DNA from: Tubiluchus corallicola
Taxonomy: Eukaryota > Animalia > Priapulida
Direction of reading: 5' to 3'
DNA length: 64,000 nucleotides
Assembly (NCBI GenBank): GCA_030141605.1
Contig: JAQGDQ010000284.1
Coordinates: 62,001 to 126,000, forward strand
Shown: positions 22,276 to 35,999 of the stretch, piece by piece
Numbering within the stretch: the first letter of the stretch is position 1
Layout of the letters: each line of letters opens with the position of its first letter
Notes under the pieces: model-generated
Told to the model about the DNA's origin: nothing
Databases searched by the model: none
What the model saw: the letters and a program-made list of their open reading frames with translations, nothing else
Made by a program: the position numbers and the translations under genes

Positions 22276-25200
22276 ATTTAGGTCAATAGTGAGTAAAAAA
22301 TATTTTTTCTGGATTTTATCAAATTTGTGAAAAAAAATTTCTTTTATGCATTTAATTTGCTTTAGACAAAATTATACAACAGCTAAAAATTTTCTGAAGC
22401 AGCACCGCTGGTAATTTTAACTACGAGCTGTCACTAGCTGTAAGGTAAAATGTAAAGAGATTAGGGCTTAGACAATGACCCTGCAGGAAGCCTGGAATTT
22501 TCTGAAGCAGCCTTCCCTGTAACTTTAACTACGAGGCACCACTAGTTTTAAGATAAAATGTAGAGATCAGGGCTTAAACAATGACCTTGCAGGAAACTCG
22601 AAATTTTCTGAAGCAGCACCTCCGGTAATTTTAGCTATGTCACTAGTTGTAAGATAAAATGTAAAGAGATCAGGGCTTAGACAATGACCCTGCAGGAAAC
22701 CTGAAATTTTCTGAACAACACCCACTGTAATTTTAGCTATGAACTGCCACTAGTTGTAAGATAAAATGTAAAGAGATCAGGGCTTAGACAATGACCCTGC
22801 AGGAAACCTGAAATTTTCTGAACAACACCCACTGTAATTTTAGCTATGAACTGCCACTAGCTGTAAGATAAAATGTAAAGAGAACAGGGCTTAGACAGTC
22901 AGCTTGCAGGAAACCTGAACTTTTCCGAAACAGCACCTCCGGTAATTTTAGCTGCGAGCCGCCACTAGTTGTAAGATAAATTGTAAAGAGATCAGGGCTT
23001 AGACAATGACTCTGCAGGAAGCCTGAACTTTTCCGAAACAGCACCTCCGGTAATTTTAGCTGCGAGCCGCCACTAGTTGTAAGATAAATTGTAAAGAGAT
23101 CAGAGCTTAGACAATGACCCTGCAGGAAGCCTGGAATTTTCTGAAGCAGCCTTCCCTGTAACTTTAACTACGAGGCACCACTAGTTTTAAGATAAAATGT
23201 AGAGATCAGGGCTTAAACAATGACCTTGCAGGAAACTCGAAATTTTCTGAAGCAGCACCTCCGGTAATTTTAGCTATGTCACTAGTTGTAAGATAAAATG
23301 TAAAGAGATCAGGGCTTAGACAATGACCCTGCAGGAAACCTGAAATTTTCTGAACAACACCCACTGTAATTTTAGCTATGAACTGCCACTAGTTGTAAGA
23401 TAAAATGTAAAGAGATCAGGGCTTAGACAATCAGCTTGCAGGAAGCCTGAAATTTTCTGAAGCAACGCCCCCTGTAATTTTAGCTACGAGCTGCCACTAG
23501 TTGTAAGATAAAATGTAAAGCGAACAGGGCTTCGATTATCACCCTGCTTTAAGTAAATTTCTGAGACCAATATACCACATCAGTTGTGCTTGTTTGGATA
23601 ATTATATTAACACTGATGTCAACTATTGTTCATGAAACAATGTGGCTCGTTAGCTATATAAAGGCTCCTCCTTGCGAAACTAACTGTTTGTGGTGTGTTA
23701 GATACAACTTCTTTCCTGCTTCTGTGCTTTGTGCCAGATGTTCGTTGATGATTCTTTGTCATTTTGAAATGATTTCATTAATTTACTTAAAAGTAAATCC
23801 TTGTCAAAATTATTTGAGTTATACGTATTGTCATCCCAGTATAACACGAATTGTTATTTCTGAACGAGGGTCTTTTTTTTGTTTGGATAATTATATTAAC
23901 ACTGATGTCAACTATTGTTCATGAAAAAATGCGGCTTGTTAGCTATATATAGGCTCCTCCTTGCAAAACTAACTGTTTGTGGTGTGCTACAAGCTGCTAA
24001 TTGCATGGTATACCTACTCAATTAACTGTTTGTGATGTGCTAAAATTGCTAATGCATAGTATACCTACTTAATTGTTTGTAGTGCGCTACAAACTGCTAA
24101 ATGTATGGTATACCTACTCAATTAATTGTTTGTAGTGTGCTAAAATTGCTAATGCATAGTATTTAGATCATTAGTAAATAAAAAATATTTTTTCTGGATT
24201 TTATCAAATTTATGAAAAAAATTCTTTTATGCGTTTATTTTGCTTTACACAAAATTATACAACAGCTAAAAATTTTCTGAAGCAGCACCTCCGGTAATTT
24301 TAACTACGAGCCGCCACTAGTTGTAAGGTAAAATGTAAAGAGATCAGGGCTTAGACAATGACCCTGCAGGAAACTTGAAATTTTCTGAAGCAGCACCTCC
24401 GGTAATTTTAGCTACGAGCTGCCACTAGTTGTAAAATAAAATGTAAAGAGATCAGGGCTTAGACAATGACCCTGCAGGAAGCCTGGAATTTTCTGAAGCA
24501 GCACCCCCTGTAATTTTAGCTACGAGCTGCCACTAGTTGTAAGATAAATGTAAAGAGATCAGGGCTTAGACAATGACCGTGCAGGAAACTTGAAATTTTC
24601 TGAAGCAGCACCTCTGGTAATTTTAGCTACGAGCTGCTACTAGTTGTAAGATAAAATGTAGAGATCAGGGCTTAGACAATGACCCTGCAGGAAGCCTGAA
24701 ATTTTCTGAAGCAACGCCCCCTGTAATTTTAGCTACGAGCTGCCACTAGTTGTAAGATAAAATGTAAAGAGAACAGGGCTTTGATTATCACTCTGCTTCA
24801 AGTAAATTTCTGATACCAATATGCCACATCAGTTGTGCTTATTTGGATAATTATATTAACACTGATGTCAACTATTGTTCATGAAACGATGTGGCTTGTT
24901 GGCTATATATAGGCTCCTCCTTGCGAAACTAACTGTTTGTGGTGTGCTAAAAACTGCTAAATGCATGGTATACCTACTCAATTAATTGTTTGTAGTGTGA
25001 TAAAATTGCTAATGCATAGTATACCTACTCCATTGACTGTTTGTAGTGTGCTAAAATTGCTAATGCATAGTATACCTACTCTATTGACCGTTTGTTGTGT
25101 GCTAAAATTGCTAATGCATAGTATTTAGGTCATTAGTAAGTAAAAAGTATTTTTTCTGGATTTTATCAAATTTATGAAAAAAAATTCTTTTATGCGTTTA

Positions 25201-26270
25201 TTTTGCTTTACACAAAACTATACAACAGCTAAAAATTTGCTGAAGCAGCACCTCTGGTAATTGTAACTACGAGCTGCCACTAGTTGCAAGATAAAATGTA
25301 AAGAGATCAGGGCTTAGACAATGACCCTGCAGGAAACCTGAAATTTTCTGAAGCAACGCCCCCGGTAATTTTAGCTACGAGCTGCCACTAGTTGTAAGAT
25401 AAAATGTAAAGAGAACAGGGCTTAGACAATGACCCTGCAGGAAACTTGAAATTTTCTGAAGCAGCACCCCCTGTAACTTTAACTACGAGGCACCTCTAGT
25501 TGTAAGATAAAATGTAAAGAGATCAGGGCTTAGACAATCAGCTTGCAGGAAACCTGAAATTTTCTGAAGCAGCACCTCCGGTAATTTTAGCTACGAGCTG
25601 CCACTAGTTGTAAGGTAAAATGTAGAGATCAGGGCTTAGACAATCACCTTGCAGGAAACTTGAAATTTTCTGAACAACACCCACTGTAATTTTAGCTACG
25701 AGCTGCCATTAGTTGTAAGATAAAATGTAGAGATCAGGGCTTAGACAATGACCCTGCAGGAAACCTGAAATTTTCTGAAGCAGCACCCCCTGTAATTTTA
25801 GCTACGAGCCACCATTAGCTGTAAGATAAAATGTAAAGAGATCAGGGCTTAGACAATCAGCTTGCAGGAAACCTGAAATTTTCTGAAGCAACGCCCCCTG
25901 TAATTTTAGCTACGAGCTGCCACTAGTTGTAAGATAAAATGTATAGAGAACAGGGCTTCGATTATCACCCTGCTTTAAGTAAATTTCTGAGACCAATATA
26001 CCACATCAGTTGTGCTTGTTTGGATAATTATATTAACACTGATGTCAACTATTGTTCATGAAATAATGCGGCTCGTTAGCTATATATAGGCTCCTCCTTG
26101 CGAAACTAACTGTTTTGTGGTGTGTTAGATACAACTTCTTTCCTGCTTCTGCGCTTTGTGCCAGATGTTCGTTGAAGATTCTTTGTCATTTTGAAATGAT
26201 TTCATTAGTTTACTTACAAGTAAATCCTTGTCAAAATTATTTGAGTTATACGTATTGTCATCCCAGTCGA
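22276..26270. repeat. Composite array: three tandem cassettes, each with a variable run of 108-bp monomers
   Basis: Cassette heads (TTTAG(G/A)TCA(T/A)TAGT...TTTTTCTGGATTTTATCAAATT) at ~22278, 24163 and 25124. The 108-bp period is seen at 24381/24489. Confidence 0.9.
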
Positions 26271-26855
26271 AGAAGTTTGTTTGATTGCCTGTTACGGTAA
26301 TAAATCTTTTGTGCAAAAACTACCTAACAGGATTTTCTAGGAACTTTGTGAAAAGAGTGCGACTAGTTTTTTTCGCGAGACTTGACTGAACGGCACTTAC
26401 AAAAAATATTCGAGGAGCACTTCATGGAGGCACCAGAGGGAGTGTTTAGTACTTCTTTTTTATTATCTCCAACTAACTTTTGCTTATTAGCGTGTTTAAT
26501 GAGGCGACTTGGTATGTAAAAATGTATATATCTCTCGTTGCCAAACTTAGCAGGTGAAAAGGTAGTTAAACACTATGTGGAACGTTCGTGCATTATTGAC
26601 TGTTAATCTATTTAATGAACAAACACTTTGCGAGTCTTTTGCTAGCATATATAATATCAATACAAGTACATTTTTGTATGTTTGCTTGTTTATCTTTGTG
26701 TTAGATTTTTCTAACCAAAAGAGTCATACGTATAAGATTTGGATTGTTCGGCTTTGGCAGAGATCTGCTTCCTACTGAGTGCATTTTACTTTTACTATGG
26801 AAATCAATTGCATCAAAATATCATATTTATCATTTTCTCCTACTTTTTTGTTTGT

Positions 26856-27296
26856 GCCATTTTTTCCTGTGTCGTTTTTACTTGAGCCATTTTTACCTGT
26901 GCCATTTTTACTTGAGCCATTTTTACCTGTGCCATTTTTACTTGAGCCATTTTTACCTGTGCCATTTTTACTTGTGCCATTTTTACCTGTGCCTTTTTTA
27001 CTTGCGCCATTTTTACCCGTGCCTTTTTTACTTGAGCCATTTTTTCCTGTGTGGTTTTTAATTGAGCCATTTTTTCCTGTGTCGTTTTTACTTGAGCCAT
27101 TTTTACCTGTGCCATTTTTACTTGAGCCATTTTTACCTGTGCCATTTTTACTTGAGCCATTTTTACCTGTGCCATTTTTACTTGAGCCATTTTAACCTGT
27201 GCCATTTTTACTTAAGCCATTTTTACCTGTGCCATTTTTACCTGCGCCATTTTTACCTGCGCCATTTTTACCTGTGTCGTTTTTACCTGCGCCATC
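26856..27296. repeat. 15-bp tandem repeat (GCCATTTTTACCTGT / GCCATTTTTACTTGA)
   Basis: About 29 units; the MAQVK and HFYLC ORFs are by-products. Confidence 0.9.
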
Positions 27297-27956
27297 TTTA
27301 CCGCGCACCTAAGAATCTCATTCGGCTGCATAGTCGAAATCATCTGTGCTGTAATTTTCTATACTTAGGTGAATTTGTTATCCAACGTTTACAATCAAAT
27401 GGTCTGACAGTATCTCTTACAAACATCCAATTTTGGTTATTTTCTAATTTTTGAGATTTCCATTTGTGTCCTGGCTTTCTGAAGGTTGATTGTGTTTTTT
27501 GTGTTGTTATAAATAAAAAAACTTCTAATAATAATGTTTAATAAGAAGTGAATTTAAATAACTATATTTTATCTTATATGAAGTACTTATGAATATTTTT
27601 TTTGAAGCCTCTCACTTACAATGATGCTATCATTCAGCAAAAAGTTGGAGTGGTATTTTTTTCATTTTTAGCTACAGTTTGTCTTAACCAAACCAAGTAT
27701 TGAAGTATGTGAAATTACCTCTTTTTGGGTAGTTTGACAGTGTGAAAATATGTCAGTATTAATCTCCATAAATCTCAGTAAGAAAATAAAGCACTGTTCA
27801 CACCTGTCGAGCATCCGTTCATTAATTTTTGGCCTAAGCAAATGAGTTCGATAAGCGATAATTTCTAGATGTGTAACAATTTCATAATGCTTCTAGTTCT
27901 AAACTTTTTTAAGTATTTTAGAGAGCCAATAACCAAAAAAATGATATCTTGCTTGC

Positions 27957-27957
<1 letters not shown>

Positions 27958-28036
<79 letters not shown>

Positions 28037-28230
28037 GCAGCAACAGCAACAGCAACAACAACAGCAACAGCAACAGCAAGAACAAGAACAAGAACAAGAA
28101 CAAGAACAAGAACAACAAGAACAAGAACAAGAACAACAAGAACAACAAGAACAAGAACAAGAACAAGAACAACAATAACAACAATAACAACAATAATAAA
28201 TAATGATAAAATAATAATAATCATAATAAT
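27958..28230. repeat. Compound microsatellite (AAT)n-(AGCAAC)n-(AAGAAC)n-(AAT)n
   Basis: Direct reading. Confidence 0.95.
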
Positions 28231-29650
28231 TGTGGCTTCATTTGTGGCTTGATTTCTGTCCTAGTGAACATCATTTCATCTGTTTATCTGGTTCTGCTTC
28301 ATACAGCTTTGTAAAAGTACAGCCTTATGAAAGCTTGTATTCGCCTTACTAACTGTTTGTAGTGTGCAAGCGTCAGTGTGCAATTCGTATATGACTTTAA
28401 GCAAAAGCCAAAACTTTCCACAAGCTGAACTTATTTTAATATTTGAGGAAAATGTTAGAAAGTTTCAGCGATAAAATTGTAATAATAAGTACCTAATGTA
28501 TTTATTAAAATCAATTTAAAGTGGCGATCGCTTGGGCTTGCTCATTTTGAAAAAAATATGGCATCGCCCGGTTACTGTGCCAATATAAACACTTTTTCTG
28601 TCAGGTGCTTCAGCATTCTTTTTTTGCCTTATTGAGGTGACCTCTATAAAACTAAGTAACCCACGCAAGTTTACATGCGTATCTGAAAGTCAACAAAAAT
28701 CTGTAAACTTATTATTTACACAATTAATGTACACTGCTTACACATTTTAAGGCATAATTTGTGGATTAAAGATCCGTAACCACTTTCAATTTGGTAATAA
28801 TTGATCCAATGACTAATTTTTGCTTAAATACAACTCTAGAATAACCGAACTTCTAAGCAAACCAGAAATTTCTCAACACGTACCTTCATCACAGCTTGCT
28901 TTCATAGCATACACGCTGCCCAGCAGTCACCAGCTGATATCATTCTTTTTCAAATATGGCGGCAACGACTTTTACTTGGCGACAGATTAAAAATATTAAT
29001 TTTTTTTGCATTTTTAAGCAAGACATTGTATATTGTGTGGTGATTTCACTTTTTAAAATGTAATAAATGTTGTTCAAGGCTTGGTTTTTGCTTTAACAAC
29101 ATTGACTCGCATAGTGAATGAATAAGTCAAAGGTCAAGAGTACCACAGCAACATGTCTTAACTATAATTGTCACCTGACGTGTGTAAAGCAAAGCCGTGT
29201 GCCGTGTCAGTTCAGTAACTTAGGTTGTTTTTTGTGGACTTTACTTAATTATGCATTAGTTTGTGCATAGAGTGATTTACTAGCAGGATCTTGCTTGGGA
29301 ACAAGAAAAAATGAACTAAGTAAGGTTCTAGCTAGCTGTTAAAACTGTTGCTATTACAATGGTATGGGCTGCAAGGCGTTGTCAAGTGTACACAAATGTG
29401 TTGTCTGGTACACTTAACCTTTGACCTTTTCACAATCATCATCAGTCGCCAGAACTAAGAAATGGCTCATTAATAATAAATTTAGACAACAGTCGGCAAA
29501 CGGAACTGAGTCGCAAATTAAGAACCTGCACTTTTTTGCACGACAAGGTGTAAACGAAGCCTTTCTTTTCGTTATCACTTGTTTTTTCTTGTTTTCTGAC
29601 AAGTTTTTGAAGTTGTTGTAAAGATCTATCCATGTTTGTTTGTTTTTCAG

Positions 29651-29735
29651 TGCACGTTGGAAGATACTGCTAGGATTTTGCTGTAGAAACAGACTCCTTT
29701 TGACAGGAACTCCAATACAAAACTCTATGGCCGAG
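29651..29735 (+). CDS. INO80: INO80 exon (motif III)
   Basis: tttcag|(S)[28 protein letters not shown]|gtatt; follows a ~10.5-kb intron. Confidence 0.96.
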
Positions 29736-30289
29736 GTATTCATGAATTTTATCTATGACCACAGTTGTAATGAGCCTCTGCTAGGCAGTAGGACAATTTG
29801 AAGCAAGTGACTATGTCTTCACTGTACTACAGGCACTCCCCTGTGTGAGGGCTGTAAGAATTAGTGACCCACAAAATAGGACATAGGAGAAACTATATGA
29901 TTCTTTTAGTATTTGACTTACCTTCAGTGTAATTGTATGGTCCAGTGACTACATACACACTGGTCCTCTCCCTAACTTAAATTAATGATTGTTGTGAAGC
30001 CTGTGCAAGTCTGCCTAGGTCAAGTTCAAAACCTGTATACTGGCTGTGAAACAGGTTTTACCGACTGATTTTTACTCTAGCTTTGTTCAATGCTAAACGT
30101 TCAAAGTAGCAGTTTTTCTACTCATGTTTCTGTTCTAAAATAAACACTTTTTTGTTGTGTGAAATGCAAAGATTTATTGTAGCTGTTTGGTTCTTATCCA
30201 TAGTTTACTATTTGTGCGTCTAAACTGAAGCATATCTAAGTGACTCAATAACAACTTCAAAAATGATTCTGTATGCTTTGTAACGTGTA

Positions 30290-30992
30290 CTGTGGTGTTC
30301 TGACATGCATTGTGACTTGCAATGATATGCACTGTGATGCACTAAGATGTAATGTGACATGCACTGAAATGCATTGTGACATATTCTGGCATGCATTGTG
30401 ACATGAACTGAAATGCACTGTGACATGTTCTGACATGCACTGTGACATGCAATGATGTGCATTGTGGCATGAACTGAGGTGCATTGTGACGTGTTCTGAC
30501 GTGCATTGTGACATATACTGTAATGCACTGTGACGTGTTGTGACATGCACTGTGACATGCAATGATATGCATTGTGACATGCAATGAGGTTGCATTGTGA
30601 AAGGAACTAAAGTGCATTGTGACATGCTCTGAGGTGTAGAGTGACGTGTTCTGAAATGCACTGTGACGTGTTGCGACATGCACTGTGAAATGCAATGATA
30701 GCATTGTGACATGAACTAAGGTGCATTGTGACGTATTATGACATGCACTGTGACATGCATTGTGACGTGCATTGTGACATGAACTAAGGTGCATTGTGAC
30801 AACATGCTCTGAGGTGCAGAGTGACTATTTCTAAAATGCATTGTAATGTGTTCTCAATGCTGACATGCATTGTGACGTGCATTGTGACATGAACTAAGGT
30901 GCATTGTGACAACATGCTCTTAGGTGCACAGTGACGTGTTCTGAAATGCATTGTAATGTGTTCTCAATGCTGACATGCATTGTGACGTGCAA
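30290..30992. repeat. Degenerate ~11-bp-based minisatellite (GCATTGTGACAT / GCACTGTGACAT)
   Basis: Direct reading. Confidence 0.85.
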
Positions 30993-31592
30993 TGCTGTCA
31001 TTTCTCTTCGTTCAACCTGTACAGCGATCAGTTTGTAAGATGAAATATCTTGATATTGTACTTTGATAATTTCTAGTTTGTGCAAAAAGTTTTAAAGTAT
31101 CAGTGTTTGAAAAATAAATGTGGTTTTTGTCATCATTTTAGGCCAGTATAATCAATGAGTTCATTTCTGTTGACTTGACATGTCTATAATTTAGATGTGT
31201 AATATTTAATTTAAAAATAATCAGACTGTTGGTTATTAACACATCTTAAAAGTTATGTGTAGTTTTAAATTCGTTTAAAATTGTACAGACCTTTAATCCT
31301 CTTACTTTTCATGTTTGTTGGGGTAACGGTAACACCCGGGTGGTCATGGCGTGCATCATGTGTGCTAAGTTTAGCAGTTACGGATCCGGCCAGTAAAAGG
31401 ATTGGTGATTCCGTAGAGGATCCCTTGTGGGTAGTTTTCGTTGCCATGCTGCTCTCACCCTTTCAGATCCATCTGCATCCAAATATGGACGTGATGCTTC
31501 TGCTGGTTCAGTGACTCATCTTAGATAATGAGCAAGATTCTCGTCCACTTACCTTAAGAGCACTTGATAGCATTTTCATTTTTGTTTTCTAG

Positions 31593-31710
31593 CTGTGGGC
31601 ATTGCTGCATTTCATCATGCCGACGTTGTTTGATTCCCACGAGGAATTCAACGAATGGTTCAGCAAAGACATCGAAGGTCACGTTGAAAATAAGACCGGA
31701 ATCGATGAGA
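31593..31710 (+). CDS. INO80: INO80 exon
   Basis: ttctag|[39 protein letters not shown]|gtaagt. Confidence 0.97.
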
Positions 31711-32379
31711 GTAAGTGGAAATCTTTGTTTTCGTTTGCGTCCACTTCTCTGAAAAAGTGAAAGGAGCCTGCAAATGACACTGAAAATATTTTGCAGCACC
31801 GTGCCAGGTATAGATGGTCTAGTGGTGGAGACACTTGATTTGTAAGCCCAATGGTCTCGAGTTCATGTTAAAGCACAAGGAAACTCCGATTCTTGCATAA
31901 AGCTAAAAAAATCATCTTAAAATGTGTACCAGTCACGTGCTGTCTTATTGCATACAGAGCTTGCACTAGCAGTAACACTGTGTAAAACTTGTATATTTAA
32001 ACTCCCGTGATAACCGTTAGGCACAGCCATATTAATATTATTTAGTCTGAAACAAGTTTAGGTAACACTGTGTAAAGTTTAATTAGAGCATTCGCAGCAA
32101 AATTTTAAACTAATTTATCTTGTCAGTAAAACAAATGATGAGTTTTTGGTGAATCAGTGGTGCACACTGGGAAGGTGACACAGTGACGTTTTACTCACTC
32201 TTTTCAGTAAGGTTAATCATGTGTTTTTTTATTCACTGGGATGGTGCGGCACCATCTAAAAACATGCTGTAAATTTCATAATGTTTTGTTCTTCTGATAA
32301 CCTAATCCTGCTAGCTTTTTTGAACAAATTTATTGTTGAAGTGTTGTGACTAGTAGGAGGGTATTAGCACCTGCATTTT

Positions 32380-33004
32380 GAAAACATGTTGCACAAAAAC
32401 ACAGGTGCTGTACCTCTCAGTTCAGATGTGTTAGTTTGTGACATACCACACACGTTCGACAACTCATGCATGAGCACAGCGGTAAAACATGTTGCACAAA
32501 AACACAGGTGCTGTACCTCTCAGTTCAGATGTGTTAGTTTGTGACATACTACACACGTTTGACAACTCATGCATGAGCACAGCGGTAAAACATATTGCAC
32601 AAATACACAGGCGCTATACCTCTCAGTTCAGATGTGTTAGTTTGTGACATACTACACACATTCGACAACTCATGCATGAGCACAGCGGTAAATTTGAAAT
32701 CTGAATTTTTATCTTAAAACTTACCTAGTTTTTGTATAACACATTGAATATCTTACGGCAGCACTATACTTCAATTTTTGCTTTCGCAAAGACGTGTAAC
32801 ACGCCCGTGGAATATTTTTGCTGTTGAAAATTATGTTAGTTTGTGATGTCATCAATAGTTGGGCTCACCTGCCATTAATTTAAGTTTTTAATCTATTATT
32901 TAATTATCAGAAACGCTTTTGCGGTCTTAATTGTGTTAAAATGTATACTTTTTATCGGACATGAAATTGGGATAGTGTAAAAAAATCATCCTGTCTTCCT
33001 TTAA
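32380..33004. mobile_element. Kolobok-type MITE (subfamily B), right part, with an internal ~103-bp triplication
   Basis: Ends GTCTTCCT|TTAA at 33004. Body is shared with 40543-41390, ~45330-45868 and 60310-60900. Confidence 0.7.
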
Positions 33005-33029
33005 TGAGATAACCTTTTATTTTACACAG

Positions 33030-33115
33030 AACATTTGTCTAGACTTCACATGATCCTGAAGCCGTTTATGTTGCGCAGAATCAAGAAAGATGTGGAGAAC
33101 GAGTTATCAGATAAG
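33030..33115 (+). CDS. INO80: INO80 exon
   Basis: acacag|(K)[28 protein letters not shown]|gtatt. Confidence 0.97.
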
Positions 33116-33308
33116 GTATTTAATGCTGTCTTTGTATTGATGTTAACATCAGTCTATTGAAATTTTGTGTTCTTTTTGCAGCATTCCAATTGGGTAATTA
33201 CCTGCATTGTTTATTACCTGAGCTTAATATTTCTAACAATGAAAATGCTGACATTGTTTGTAATATGATATCCATTGTTAGAGAATCGAAAGGATACCTT
33301 CTGCTGTG

Positions 33309-34065
33309 CTATAGGTTTTACACGTCAAATATAGACGCAGGAAAGTTCAAATGTGACTTAAGTAAGTCAAATGTAGACACAGGAAAGTTCAAATGTGACT
33401 TAGGTAAGTCAAATATAGACACAGGAAAGTTCAAATGTGACTTAAGTAAGTCAAATGTAGACACAGGAAAGTTCAAATGTGACGTAAGTAAGTCAAATGT
33501 AGACACAGGAAAGTTCAAATGTGACTTAGTTAAGTCAAATGTAGACATAGGAAAGTTCAAATGTGACTTAGGTAAGTCAAATGTTGACATAGGAATTTCG
33601 AATGTGTTTTGGTAACTCAAATGTGACTTAGTTAAGTCAAATGTAGACACAGGAAAGTTCAAATGTGACTTAGGTAAGTCAAACGTAGATGCATTACTTT
33701 GAATAAATCAGTAATTAAGTTATTTAAGTGCAAATTTGAAAAAGATAAACCAAAGATAGTGCATCTATTAGTAGGCCTATAACGTTGTTATTTTAACTTA
33801 AGAGCAATTATTTAATTGAAATTAATGAAGATTAAATTTAACATCCCTAAACTTTAACACCTATCCACATTTGAGATACCAATGTCACATTTGACTTGAC
33901 ATGTGTCTACATTTGACTTACCAAAAACGCTTAAGATTTCTTGAAAACCATTGTTAACACATTTGAACTACCTAAGTCTACATTTGAGTTACCAAGACAC
34001 ATTTGAATTACCTAAATCTAAATTTGAATTAATGCAGGTCTACATTTGATATGTAAAACCTATAG
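33309..34065. mobile_element. Foldback-type MITE with internal 42-bp tandem repeats
   Basis: CTATAGGTTTTACACGTCAAATATAGAC ... GTCTACATTTGATATGTAAAACCTATAG. The left arm has CAAATGTAGACACAGGAAAGTTCAAATGTGACTTAGGTAAGT repeats; the right arm has degenerate inverted ACATTTGA repeats. Confidence 0.8.
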
Positions 34066-34812
34066 TAGGTGTCTGCTAACAACTACTAACTACAACCAAC
34101 AGCCAGTAAGGAGATGTGTTAACACAGCAAACACGAAAGTTCTTTGCTTAAGGTGTTTACTGCAGTCTTTGTTTTCTAAAGAAGGAGAAAAAACAAAAGA
34201 ATACATAAAATTTGCAGTAATGTAATTTGAACAAAAAATACAGAAATTTGAACAAAAAAATTACACAGAAATTGCTTCATTCGGCTAGAGAGAGAGCACA
34301 CTGTTTATGGTTTATGAAGCATGACATTAAATTTCTCATATAAAAATTGCATTATCCACCAATTACAAGTAAGTCTCTGCAATAACCAGTTGAGTTTGCC
34401 AGCAATTGCCCACTTGTCCCCTTTAGTTTTTGGCTCCCTCATGCGGGAAAAATAAAAAACGAATTATATGGGTAATTGGGTAATTTGCCCATAACAAGAT
34501 GGCACATGAAACCTTTTTTGGCCGCGAGGGTGACTTACAAAAAACACGCTACGATCTCTTTCCCAAGAGATTAATTATCAAAATGAAATTGTTTATTAAC
34601 CTTTTAAAACCTATTTCAGGGCACCAACAAAAATTCCACTAATCCCTACGCTGTATTAATAGTGCTCAGTGTCGGTACCTAGTGAGCTGACGTAGCCAAC
34701 TCATTGACGAAGTGTGCAATTAAGTAATTAAGAAGTCTAGCAGATGAAAACTCAGTCAAATGCTTTATGTGGGAAAACATTAACTTTCGAAACTTACAGC
34801 TGGTGTGTTCTG

Positions 34813-35066
34813 TATAATAATAATAATAATCTTTATTTAAAGTCGGCTTTTGGGTCAACAATTAACATTAGCTCAAAGAGCTATTATCGCCGACTGTAAA
34901 TAACAACCTACAACTACATAGCAGAGACTATTATTACCCCACTTTTACCCTAAATACCACGCATCAGGCAGGGCAACAGCAGGTATCATTTTTAAAGTCT
35001 TTGGCATGACTCGGCCGCTGGTTCAAACTCACGACCTCCTAGATGGAGAGCAGACGCGTTACCAAG
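34813..35066 (-). mobile_element. tRNA-derived SINE, 5'-truncated
   Basis: Minus strand: B-box-like GAGTTTGAACC, then CGGCCGAGTCATGCCAAAGACTTTAAAAATG, ending AATAAAG(ATT)n. Confidence 0.65.
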
Positions 35067-35267
35067 CATTTTTAAATGTAAATCTTCACATTCACGGAAT
35101 CTTAGCAGTCGGATTTAAGGAAACATTTACAGAGAGAAAGGCTTTGTGCTGTTTCACTGAAAAAGTCTGGCAAGGACTAGCTTTGAACTCTAGTCTGCTT
35201 TCACAATTGTGCGTGTTTATTCCTTAATTAGAAAAGTGCTGTTGACTGATCATTTTTTCTGTCACAG

Positions 35268-35435
35268 ATTGAGATCCTGAGGTACTGTCGCCTAGGCAAC
35301 CGGCAGCAGCAGCTGTACAATGCTCTAAAGAACAAGATATCTATCGACGATTTGCTGCAAACGACAACGGAGACGGTGTCTCAGGCTCAGTCGGCAACGA
35401 GCAGCCTCATGAACCTTGTCATGCAGTTTCGTAAG
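35268..35435 (+). CDS. INO80: INO80 exon
   Basis: cacag|IEILRYCRLGNRQQQLYNALKNKISIDDLLQ...SSLMNLVMQFRK|gtaat. Confidence 0.96.
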
Positions 35436-35999
35436 GTAATTCTGCGCAGCTATGTGTCATATGTGCTGCACAGCAAAATCATCCATAAGTCGGCAATTGA
35501 GCTTTTCTAGTTATTCACACATCCTGAATCTCCATTTCATGAGGATCATTTTGATACCAAGTTCATCACTCTATGTTATTTCTAAGCTGAGATCATCCAT
35601 GTTGAAGTTGAGGTGCAGGCTGCACACTGAAAAACATAATCTTGAGAAAATCACTGTTAAAGTCAGCAATTGTTTTTTGTCACGTATCCTGAAGCTCCAT
35701 TTCATGTGTTGTATAAATGCGATTTGGTGCTTTAAACTGTCACGAAATACGAGTTGGTTCAGTTTCCAGATGAATGTCACATGAACACAGGGATTACACG
35801 CAGATAAATCCGCGGGAAAATGTACGGGAGGAGCACTAGCAATATTTGAACCTGCTTCGCCTTTGAAACGACATTTTTCCGGTTCCGTAAATCGACCCAA
35901 ATTCAAATGAGTTTTTCCATTTCTGTGTCTTTCAGTGGCGGTTTAATAGTTTGTTTGTCTTATTCATTTCCTCGTCTTGATTTTCATTCGTATTTTCAG

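Noticed and set aside
26744-27454. Pentapeptide-repeat proteins (MAQVK, HFYLC)
   Set aside because: Translation of a 15-bp DNA repeat that is open in several frames on both strands.
31803-31870. tRNA gene
   Set aside because: Only an A-box-like TGGTCTAGTGG and a degenerate B box; no cloverleaf. At best a decayed SINE head.
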